From Barthelona sp. PCE (lineage: Eukaryota), in the NCBI GenBank assembly GCA_040285745.1, contig JAUFOR010000006.1:62001-126000 (forward strand): a stretch of 64,000 nt of DNA, in the 5' to 3' direction. The position numbers and the translations under genes were made by a program. Positions within the stretch are counted from its first letter, which is position 1; each line of letters begins with the position of its first letter. The notes under the pieces are model-generated. The model saw only the letters and a list, made by a program, of their open reading frames with translations, searched no databases and had not been told where the DNA came from. Positions 57,801-64,000 of this stretch are shown here, piece by piece.

Positions 57801-60488
57801 TTGATCTTCAATACTCAACGTCATATCAACATATTGCGTTGAATACAACATCATGTTGACGTCTATACCATTCAAAAATGGCATATCCATGTTAGGAGAA
57901 TTAAAAGCTATTTGTCCTTCACGACCAAGACGTTTTCTATCCATATTTGCGGTACTATCAAATAATAAAGCTCCTGCATATGCATCCAACACACTTCCGT
58001 CTTGACGAGTACCAGTTATTCGACCTAAATAAGCCTTATTTGATAGAACATGTCCGACAGTAAGTTTTGGTGACGTACTAATGTTTCCAAGAGAAGCATA
58101 TGTCATTTTGTATGTTGTTGGCCTATAAGCGACCCATGGTAAAGGATTGTTAATAGCATCACCAGGTAAAGGATCAAAATCGTGGAAAGAAATGGAAGAA
58201 ATTTGTTGAGGATATTCTATGCATATCATTACAGTTACATTGACTCCAGGATCAAATATTTCTTGTGAATAAGATGTAGAAATGAATCTAGAAGTACAAC
58301 GCATTTCATTAATTTTAATGTTATTACCAACGGCAGCATCATAATATAATCCATTTGACATTGTCAAAATTTTTCTGCCACCGTCATCTGGCATAGTTGT
58401 TTTAAATATACAACCAGCAGTGTAACCTTCAAAAACAATACATTTATAAGTATTTGTTTCAGAAGGAAATGGAATAATACCTTCATCTTTTAGAAACAAC
58501 GGAACAGCGTGTTGGTTACCAGATGAATAAGTTGACAGAGCTGTTGCATAACCAGTTCTATCAGAAAGATATCGCGTATAATCACCATCCAATGTTCCTG
58601 ATGTTAAACATGATGATAAACTGTAAGATGTTGCACCTCTATGGAAATGACTGTTACTGTGGATTGTGGTACATGCACCTATTAAATGAAGATTATTAGG
58701 GATGCCTTTTCCTTGGATTAGCAAAAATCCAGAATTATCGTCAGAATTCCAGTACAACTCATCAGTTATATGATTAATAATCATTTGTTTAGGAACATAA
58801 ACACTTATTTGAGAATCGTATCCTGGTGCATCATCTGAATAGTAAACATAGTGTTTTAATGGAGAAAATGACATGAATTCAAAATTGGATCTACCCTTAA
58901 AAGGAGATGTTGAAGTGAATTGTCCTCTATGTATCATCACCACTGTTTGAGCTGGAACAACCATTTTAATAAGTTGATTGGCCATGGAATAAGGTAGTTT
59001 ATGATTGTCAAATTCAAAATGTCCAGGGGATTTTTTCAGAAAATCTATAAAAGTATCTCTATGAGCTGGTACATCATCAATATAAAAAGAAGTTAGAACT
59101 ACACCAGAGTTATTTTCTAAATAATAGCAAGCAGAAGGAACAATATCATTCTTGTAATGGTGAATGAGTGTTTCAGTAGAAAATATTTCATAAAGGTAAT
59201 TGTCGTGTGTTGGTGTAAACCAATTAGTCTCACAATTATGAGACACTTTGAGTGTTAAATCAGTGATAAGAGATGAACTGTAAATATACGATAGTCTGGA
59301 TCTAAACATACGTGACACTGTGCTGTAATCTTTAATCATATAGTTTGGATTTGAATTGATCATTCCCTTTTGAATAACACTAGCTTGTTTTCTAAGAGAC
59401 AAAGGATCATTGTGGCTCTTAAAAACAAATGTATAATAGTAACTACGTTCTTTTTTGAAAAATGTGTGACCTTCTTTAGCAAAATATGTCCTCACAGAAT
59501 ATAAAGAATCTCGAGAAAGTGAAAGGGTGTTCAAATCAATGGTCACCAAATCACCTCGCGTAAACATTGTTCCTAAAGTGTGTAATAAGTTATCTTCTTC
59601 ATCGAAAAGTTCAACTGTTATATCAAAGACAGATTCAGGAAGTTTAGGGATACCATATGTGAGCGTATCAACAAGCAAGTCGAAGGAATCAGTCGTGGAA
59701 TCGAAGGAAAGCTTGAGTTCAGTCTCGTAATGAGGGAATGTTTTATCAACCGCAACAATAGGTCTACTATGCGTTGAAATCTCAATTTCACAGTGTTTTC
59801 CTGCAAAACCCGACGCACAAGCACAGTAAAATGTTGATAACCCATCTGGAACAACACCTCCATTCTCACATGAAATTGGAATAGTGTTAGTTGCAAAAAT
59901 TCTGCCTTTTTCTTCTGTATCCAAATCTGAATATGATGCCCAGAAACCTTCAAATACCTCAGGGACATATATGGGAAGACTGACCATAAAACCACAACCA
60001 TCATGTTGAGTGTAAGTTTCATCTATATAAGGAGTACTGATATTTGCTTCTATAACTTCAAAACTAAGATAGCTCTTTGATGAATTACCGCAAACAAGTG
60101 ATTCTACGGTTATATCATTGACTACTACACATGAATTACAACTATATGTCCCGAAATCGTCATATTTCCATTCAAGTGAAGGTACGGGAACGTATTTAAG
60201 ACTGTTATATGTTGTTACTGTTATTCCATCGTAGAAATAATCCTCAGAATAACTGTAAAATACTGCACTCTTTGAAAAACATGTGTGCTGGGGGCATGGA
60301 TGTTTAAACCCAGAATGTGGGAAAGAAATCTGATCAACAGCCACTATCTTACCAAACATACTCCAAACTCTACCCCTTTCTGTTGAATGTAGCTCAAAAC
60401 CGTATACATCTTTTGGCGCTAGGTTTTCAAATGCAGAAATGCATATAAATAGTGCAAAAACAGCTATGAATGTACAGAAAAGACCCAT
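48885..60488 (-). CDS. Giant type-I membrane surface protein (3867 aa): signal peptide, EGF repeats, REJ/GPS-like region, laminin-EGF array, Kelch-like region, TM helix, short tail
   Basis: N-terminal signal peptide; many CxCxxG(F/Y/W)xGxxC motifs; DP...L..EWSC (REJ-like); W...C...FTCTETGTFA (GPS-like); IYMFGG (Kelch-like); TM FGFVLIAIFITIFVIGALYL. Confidence 0.85.
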   Translation of the reverse strand: MGLFCTFIAVFALFICISAFENLAPKDVYGFELHSTERGRVWSMFGKIVAVDQISFPHSGFKHPCPQHTCFSKSAVFYSYSEDYFYDGITVTTYNSLKYVPVPSLEWKYDDFGTYSCNSCVVVNDITVESLVCGNSSKSYLSFEVIEANISTPYIDETYTQHDGCGFMVSLPIYVPEVFEGFWASYSDLDTEEKGRIFATNTIPISCENGGVVPDGLSTFYCACASGFAGKHCEIEISTHSRPIVAVDKTFPHYETELKLSFDSTTDSFDLLVDTLTYGIPKLPESVFDITVELFDEEDNLLHTLGTMFTRGDLVTIDLNTLSLSRDSLYSVRTYFAKEGHTFFKKERSYYYTFVFKSHNDPLSLRKQASVIQKGMINSNPNYMIKDYSTVSRMFRSRLSYIYSSSLITDLTLKVSHNCETNWFTPTHDNYLYEIFSTETLIHHYKNDIVPSACYYLENNSGVVLTSFYIDDVPAHRDTFIDFLKKSPGHFEFDNHKLPYSMANQLIKMVVPAQTVVMIHRGQFTSTSPFKGRSNFEFMSFSPLKHYVYYSDDAPGYDSQISVYVPKQMIINHITDELYWNSDDNSGFLLIQGKGIPNNLHLIGACTTIHSNSHFHRGATSYSLSSCLTSGTLDGDYTRYLSDRTGYATALSTYSSGNQHAVPLFLKDEGIIPFPSETNTYKCIVFEGYTAGCIFKTTMPDDGGRKILTMSNGLYYDAAVGNNIKINEMRCTSRFISTSYSQEIFDPGVNVTVMICIEYPQQISSISFHDFDPLPGDAINNPLPWVAYRPTTYKMTYASLGNISTSPKLTVGHVLSNKAYLGRITGTRQDGSVLDAYAGALLFDSTANMDRKRLGREGQIAFNSPNMDMPFLNGIDVNMMLYSTQYVDMTLSIEDQTFFCREGDGNVAGSSDCSCNTDKYYGERCEYRLLEAADGQWAFNVSENERMYPTVFHFSKQDLAHLQTAKDVYNASIPLVIKIQRPTVPGYYTSVRFAWVQVSTIRPTSYFDGSFQLSDINDYIAMFNMTSSQGYTRAVEIPFDKDDLYIMIQADWVGTEISLEFACPGDCATGICNRNGTCTNCESPESFCDPLFSITGCPAGYEFVDGSCDPVCNYLPDNSKCIGAGVFGCLIGFEENLDGTLCVEACTLDCHDISGTECVRTNSSYQACVPKTGYQWVDIKDNSLGASPICPFCPKFSSCVAPDVCRCLDDFRLDKITGQCLQNIDLDFTVSAPFQTKVGHMNSFYRRNDILSGVVSATFQKESVPYYKASVLYLKYACDGKKSDILQLGRFNAKGRYPYAFKLSQIGNCQISLVHGIKIIDSYGFVTGFSPDIIIRSLVRRVKSYSISINLNLVEEQSGQALGSSYAEIIDKSYVDGEFDVDVQCLNGTGETWSYVNTSHNFLSIPAVTKELKHFSYCDVLIKHGVETIVDKRVTFITNYTVWMGENNREYISVINGYVQRIPIKKYYYDRDTPLTVEITVPSLVTDRCTVEMRALDCPYVFARRNTDGCNIGNWNAESITFIYNINDVNYVDLSITNCADMGIGTKTIKSTIDLISYPGNRDIASQTSKKLKIYPIISSMNFRNNLMIEFIAPIRRFIPMWQDSAILVKNYYGYHGLSHPGGCTEYLLKQGSSRNWVYFGDRGYSNQFVVIMPYGDFGSFRASTTPQYINVTLSGSSSFGNILNPTFSLPAFCDKRVLTGSDLSSVKFRLDRGLHCNDGDVSGFSYTVKKGATPILTETDFSDLAFDTLTEDDYTFEVVFTDVFGSVHSDSCSFYIRDADFCPTAALSYDKVISNGDKMSLKFTQTSKTSSHFIKEVTSQHFGPTVDIGFTKRAGHSLSSVPITLPVGIYSYNFSVTFKKSENGELCTQTFSNIEFSSIYSDIKIHTAKTALIGTPDKELMISTTIFDPSIAGNDHLSIEWSCSLTNSSGITYANEWCDTTVASIKSNNILVPKTALEQMYDNSDLDITVTVSHIDSGRNTSLTVEIEVYKTVTVGSFDLEVANSIRDVEKIAPYSENILIKAVPRNFEDRLNCTFEVVSIDGPPTESDRYVGFSDDMIKNIETDLWDVYMVLPKFKTNWITKLYPAFKLGASSATVQHIKATRLWSDRFELLNEMILPCSTFEFQATCSIIGSSDTRDFIDKLRFSTHCIDASGEFNATLSNSGNVELSYVPDKPELENSYPPAFLAQSIVPRPRFSFKYGYMHPVTGRKTILKTMDSVRDFITKNALPFTGNVTFFVEITSRDLEISDIQTAVVDFGEAPVATEMDSSDIDSIAVSSSQFKEFCKTKLPVSAQAQQTNHISNYITNTIVRMLERSKYGYDVEFPKMSDLDYKGTPINAGGGDNLLDLTEDDINAMDMDHLLVYVDYVSLMATFDLIGEQSPSNIIENIMPLVGADSSTALLNTVIDTISIALDNFLVSDTTQEKILASFQALELIDTMYVTLESRDFYNSSLFANANTLVKKASAIVMENMIDGIEYVREFTFIKFHSAAAAVTELKSFGDLTPVVAETASPAVSTVLSLISISRKCMDMDIPTSLVSFTDMLTVSTNQGTSELIDIEISAVNIETAVVGSYEKNITASDITVMRFDGETWVPAQCSITYAPFASTVSFTCTETGTFAAFITKSMSCGSTFFGEDCDECVRNHYGEHCEPCPLESPNGICDAGITGTGALVCVSDAYSGELCDTCNSGYYEQGSACITCPPCERGTCLDGAGNGTCQCEQYFTGTLCNMCEFGRTGTDCDECIPKYYSSECIAAGACIHGTLFDGFNGNGSCVCNESYTGADCSETDSGYYGPNAIPCRSCENGGTCDDGTSGSGMCLCPAGYNPGTNCSTCMPGYVGASCELARDCGPGGVVFDGITGNNTCLCATGFNSSAGGVCDVCMNNRFGAACTVCPSCDNGHCSDTASGDGKCICDEYWSGALCDECIPGRRGSDCSLCVEGVIVDSNDECVLCDAGYFGATCEKCPTCVQGSCNDTITGDGVCECNQYWTGTLCDVCEPGREGSNCDQCIQGLVQDSNGDCTLCDAGYFGAKCEKCPACVQGSCNDTITGDGMCLCEEGTTGGLCDQTLPGYRIENNTVIKTCLIDCQGNSFCNESLSDPICVCRAGWSGANCDVPVCNDCAGNCVAPDTCVCSGTFTGASCDECKNGWEGDLCDVPICSSTCVHGTCVAPERCECDADFRGVLCDEAIPKCPVCPANGFCNKDKECQCKHGWTGDECDEQVTLDESNSVFYKRINSFDSEPVLSVIIGNNTYVILDDAEIHRITNNEDEKISEALEGDVVHVFVQEEFVIYHDDVIKVFSFSAKEWEPVSAPSNGAISIAPNSIGIGVVDGILFVGSNHVFMDMPSMNLSTVNITDSPNLGPSAIFDAKSARHSNVVVHADTQLKLYGYLPDNRWVTYDPIDIECPAISVNIFDNDVIIVCPTLNATHAAIVNVSENSHTIEYIQTDTTLLSAGHLTIDDDGLTIVGQHSTTTIGTKPPVEVDPFAVEATAPQTVSGDILVSYDGDLFIVSDIMPYVKRYVEADDRWDEYTMSVTTTATDFIGNCAASRASTTGTTTRIVCVDADQKATLQVLTVDWELSTIYMDSIPIASDVAELSDASLAASETHFFIMGKTAHSSLLFKIDNVFMSTLTVSLKDTVPAAASTIVVDDDIYMFGGKPVTQVMYVVNTRSGVVTKNDVNDAHVAFAGLTGGWKFGSKLATYGTNPVTGTTVGFVIDTETLDVLRLPAELGGVSLDGKVVKSLGPRTGGSALVLLADDMAGTNPSVVEFTFYDVCGVQSSSGSVCNVETGTYVTDPEPEPEEETSYFGFVLIAIFITIFVIGALYLNKKVEQKSTYEVDMFAPNFMEMEPTQSGIPFTEEQRVSF
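51334..51629. repeat. Intragenic tandem duplication, 213-bp period (EGF module)
   Basis: 51334-51416 and 51547-51629 are near-identical (CDAGYFGAxCEKCPxCVQGSCNDTITGDG). Confidence 0.9.
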
Positions 60489-60715
60489 AAATAAATTTAA
60501 AAGAGCTTTGTTAAGTTGTAAAACTAAAAACGTTTTTTTTTTTAAAGATCTTGTTCTGTTATTCCTTTCTTAATTTAAAGCAACAGAGAAACGTATTTTC
60601 TACAAGTTTATTCCTAAAAAAAACATTTTCCATTCACTTTGTGTCAATCAGGTAACAAGTTAAATGGGATTTACAAAATTTTCAAATTATTCTTCTTACT
60701 GGCGCTGAATCGGTT

Positions 60716-63700
60716 CTACAGATCCTCTTCATCAGAGCTTAATGGAATAGCTTGCATTTTGCGAACATTTGGCACAAGATTGTTTAGATCACCAACAACC
60801 CCGGCTTCAACAAGACTTTCTGCTACTTTTCTAGGTGTTTTTGGTACTACTTCCTCAATTATGGATACATCTTCTTCACCAAGCATATCAGGAGCAAATT
60901 GTGGTTCTGGTAAAGCTTCTTTTTCAGTTTTTTGTTCAATATCATTATTCTTCTTCTCTATCTTTTTCATTTCAGAAATCTCATACTTGATCTCATCATG
61001 TAAAGTGGGATTTTCATCTTTTAAATGCTGTAATTGTTCAGGAATAACTTGAGCTATGTGACAAAAGCATTTAATGAGGATATCATTTAAAACACTTAAT
61101 CTAGGCTCAGCTCTTATCCTGGTACGCAGCTCCAACAAGTCAGGAAGTACACTTTCCTGAACAACACTGTATACAACCGACTTCTCAACAAGAAGAGCAA
61201 TCATCTTTGCTGCTTTCTCTTCTGCCTCACGCTCACCCACCGTCTCAACGTCCTCTCGGATGTTTGTCATTGTTGGTGTGCTTAAAGAAGCATCTTTTAG
61301 AATTTTTAAATCAAGCATTGTAAAAATATACAGGCAATCATGTAAAACGTTCAAAAATGCTTCATTCTTAACTTGTTCAACCTCCAAATCGGAACGGAAG
61401 TTGAATGTAACCTTTCCTTCAATAAATGACTTGAAGAAAGACTGGAAAATATGTGCAATAATCTTAAAATGGTCTGAGCTATCTAAACTCTCTATTATTG
61501 CATCATAAATCTTCTGACGATACACCAGGTTCTCTGAACCATATAAATAACGAGTTCTATCAAGTACAACAATCTGTTGGGATACAGAAAGATTTGATCT
61601 GAAATAATTCATATATGCCACGAATTCACTAAAATAACGAACAATTTCTTGATCAACAGCCCCTTCTGCCAAAGAAAACAGAAGTTTGTAAGCCAATGAC
61701 TTTGTTTCAGCGCTATTTGAACCGAGTAAGAAAAGAAGTTGGAAAAGTATTTCTTCCTTCATTTTAACAAAACCATCTGCTGCAAGACGACCCAAAACTA
61801 AAAGAGCTGTTCGACGAACTACACTGTTTGGGTGATGTAGATGAGCTGTGATGGAACGTTGATAACGATCAACTTCACTGGTAAATGTGGAGGCGACATC
61901 ACTTAAAACAACCAAACAGTTGGTGATGACAGGGACAGGAGTATTCTCATTATTGAGTAGTGATACCAATGTTGTAATGACATCAAGCACGAATTTTTGA
62001 TTGTTTGAAGGAATACACGCTGAACCAAGTGCTACAATAGCGTAAAGCTGGACTTTCTCCTTCTCTTCGTTGGGCAATGTACTGAAATGAGTCTCTTCAG
62101 CAAATGTCAGCATCAAAGATGGTAAACAACCATAAAATAGACACTCACGCATAGAACTTTGTAGATGAATTTGATAGACTGCAGCCAGTGAACCAACAAT
62201 AAGTAATGCCTTTGAGATGAGTTCAGTCTCGATAGCATCTGTTTCATTTGAATTTCTGAGCATAGAATTGACTAAGATCTCTTGACAATTCGTTGCCAAC
62301 TCAGTAATTGTGAGTTCATTGTTGCGCCCGCTCTGTTTCACTCCACACGTTTGAAGTAACACACATAGTGGTTTGATGACAAGGAAGTCAAAAGTAAACA
62401 TGTTCTCCAAAACATAGACGGCAAAGTTACTCAAGGCTACAAGGTCATCTCGCTCAACAAGGAGATCCTCAGGAATAGAAGCAACTATAAGACACAGAAT
62501 CTTTGCTAGATCCCACATACTGTTTTCAAGTGCATCTTGGATGTGTTTCAATAGATACACAATATCTGCGTGTTGTGGGTAGTATTGAATGAGTGACTGC
62601 AAGCAAATGAATGGACCAATACCGTAGTTGATTGGGAGGTCATTTTCTGCGAAAATCCAAGCACAAAAGTTTTGAATACTGATAAATGTTTTACGGTTGA
62701 TCTTTTTCTGCTCCTTAAGAAAGCGTGCACATGTAAAAACAAGCGTTGATTGACTATATGTGACGACAGGTATAAGAACATCTCTTACCCTCAACAATCT
62801 CTCAGATTCGGTACCAAAACAAGTAAACAAGATCTTTCCGACCGAACTAAATGCTAGACGCAGTGTCTTATCGTCACTATCATCCACAAGCATACTAACG
62901 CATTCAAGCCATAACAGTGCGCGTTTCTCAGAAGGTGTCCTCCACAATGCGTTCTCAATCACAAGGAGCGCCTGCTGTCTGACGGTAGGGCGTACATCAG
63001 TGCATCGTGTGGCAACGAATGTTAACAATTCCAAATCAATTGTAGTTGCTTGAACAAAATAGTTGACTAACTTCAATGCTTCAACTCGAACAGTAGCATT
63101 TGCATCAATCAGCAAAGGGATGACCTGTTTAACAGCCGCCTCTATGTCAAATTCCATTGTTGTATCTAAGAGTTGAACACTTTGACTAATTGCTTTAAGA
63201 GAAAGTCTACGTATCATGCCAGATTTATCATATAATCTGTGGGAGAGATATTCCAAGAATGTTGGCAAAAAATGTTTTCGAATATCAGCATTCTTGCATC
63301 CGATAATAGCAATCTCTATCGATAATTGTCTAAAAGAAGCTGCACGGAATGACGACATGTCTGTTAATAAAGATTGAACACCACTGACACAATCTACATA
63401 ATCTGTTCCCTCAACTGATTCAGGTAAAAAGAGAGCAAGAACCATGCAAAATGAGCTAGCCGCTGATCTTAAGTACTCTGTCCCCTTTGGAACTTGTCTA
63501 CACAATGATCTGAGAGTCTTGACAACAATAGGGCACGCATCGGCAACGGTGAACACTGATAGAGTGGATACTAACAGTTCTACTAATGACTTTATCTCTT
63601 TTAGCATTGCAGATGGAGGCTTGCTTCCACGTGCACATGTAGCAAGTGCCAAAGTTGCGGGTAATGCCAAGCACATAGCAGATCCAATATCATGAGTGTC

Positions 63701-64000
63701 CACTGGAGGCAGTTCGTCAATATGCATAGATATAGCTTCCATAAACCTACAAGCTCTGCGTATCAACATAGGATGCTCTGTATTTGTGTCATTAAACAAC
63801 ACAGTGCCCAATAAAGGCTTGCATATATCGATAACACGGACAATGAGCTGCTTTTGGTCTGTGAATAATGTGTAATATTGAAATAAAACCGGAACAATTT
63901 TTTGAATACAAGCCCATATATCATTCATTTGTTTAACAGGGAGGTTACGCGCAAGGACAGCGTGGTGGCCTCCCAGCGAGTCCAGATCAGGATGGCCTTT
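60716..64000 (-). CDS. NCAPD3: Condensin HEAT subunit, CAP-D3-like; 5' end probably outside the window
   Basis: Cnd1-type block N..VVLSD....TSEVDRY...I...L......VRR..L..L..L...GFVK.K..LF; RL.DK...IRR and DVRPTVRQQAL HEAT motifs. The frame stays open to base 64000. Confidence 0.72.
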   Translation of the reverse strand, partial: KGHPDLDSLGGHHAVLARNLPVKQMNDIWACIQKIVPVLFQYYTLFTDQKQLIVRVIDICKPLLGTVLFNDTNTEHPMLIRRACRFMEAISMHIDELPPVDTHDIGSAMCLALPATLALATCARGSKPPSAMLKEIKSLVELLVSTLSVFTVADACPIVVKTLRSLCRQVPKGTEYLRSAASSFCMVLALFLPESVEGTDYVDCVSGVQSLLTDMSSFRAASFRQLSIEIAIIGCKNADIRKHFLPTFLEYLSHRLYDKSGMIRRLSLKAISQSVQLLDTTMEFDIEAAVKQVIPLLIDANATVRVEALKLVNYFVQATTIDLELLTFVATRCTDVRPTVRQQALLVIENALWRTPSEKRALLWLECVSMLVDDSDDKTLRLAFSSVGKILFTCFGTESERLLRVRDVLIPVVTYSQSTLVFTCARFLKEQKKINRKTFISIQNFCAWIFAENDLPINYGIGPFICLQSLIQYYPQHADIVYLLKHIQDALENSMWDLAKILCLIVASIPEDLLVERDDLVALSNFAVYVLENMFTFDFLVIKPLCVLLQTCGVKQSGRNNELTITELATNCQEILVNSMLRNSNETDAIETELISKALLIVGSLAAVYQIHLQSSMRECLFYGCLPSLMLTFAEETHFSTLPNEEKEKVQLYAIVALGSACIPSNNQKFVLDVITTLVSLLNNENTPVPVITNCLVVLSDVASTFTSEVDRYQRSITAHLHHPNSVVRRTALLVLGRLAADGFVKMKEEILFQLLFLLGSNSAETKSLAYKLLFSLAEGAVDQEIVRYFSEFVAYMNYFRSNLSVSQQIVVLDRTRYLYGSENLVYRQKIYDAIIESLDSSDHFKIIAHIFQSFFKSFIEGKVTFNFRSDLEVEQVKNEAFLNVLHDCLYIFTMLDLKILKDASLSTPTMTNIREDVETVGEREAEEKAAKMIALLVEKSVVYSVVQESVLPDLLELRTRIRAEPRLSVLNDILIKCFCHIAQVIPEQLQHLKDENPTLHDEIKYEISEMKKIEKKNNDIEQKTEKEALPEPQFAPDMLGEEDVSIIEEVVPKTPRKVAESLVEAGVVGDLNNLVPNVRKMQAIPLSSDEEDL

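Noticed and set aside
1-64000. Alternative genetic code or stop-codon reassignment
   Set aside because: Long conserved genes translate without internal stops under the standard code, and TAA, TAG and TGA all occur at gene ends.

Overview
Gene-dense, intron-poor nuclear DNA from a flagellated microbial eukaryote. A metamonad-like protist is inferred from ciliary genes (TTLL, LRR-IQ), tiny intergenic spacers and spliceosomal introns ending in a fused branch-point/3' splice-site 12-mer. About 27 protein genes are present: AVL9/DENN-like (partial), Nup62/Nsp1-C, phosphoesterase/coiled-coil fusion, LRR-IQ, RPA49, SPFH, GH5, putative porin, WDR82, RPL32, GNL3-like GTPase, amino-acid transporter, RPB7-like, TTLL, DMC1, bacterial-type ThiI/MnmA-like protein, three AT-rich 'MPR...' orphan paralogues, a 3867-aa surface protein and CAP-D3 (partial). 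Highlights: (1) an isolated SSU rDNA fragment (~47871-48822) between protein genes, carrying a structurally complete 499-nt IC1 group I intron at position S516; (2) a complete hAT transposon (1015-5249, 55-bp TIRs, 8-bp TSD) with an oversized 1251-aa transposase; (3) a probable non-canonical GT-TG intron in DMC1. All family assignments come from motif recognition by eye, not database searches.
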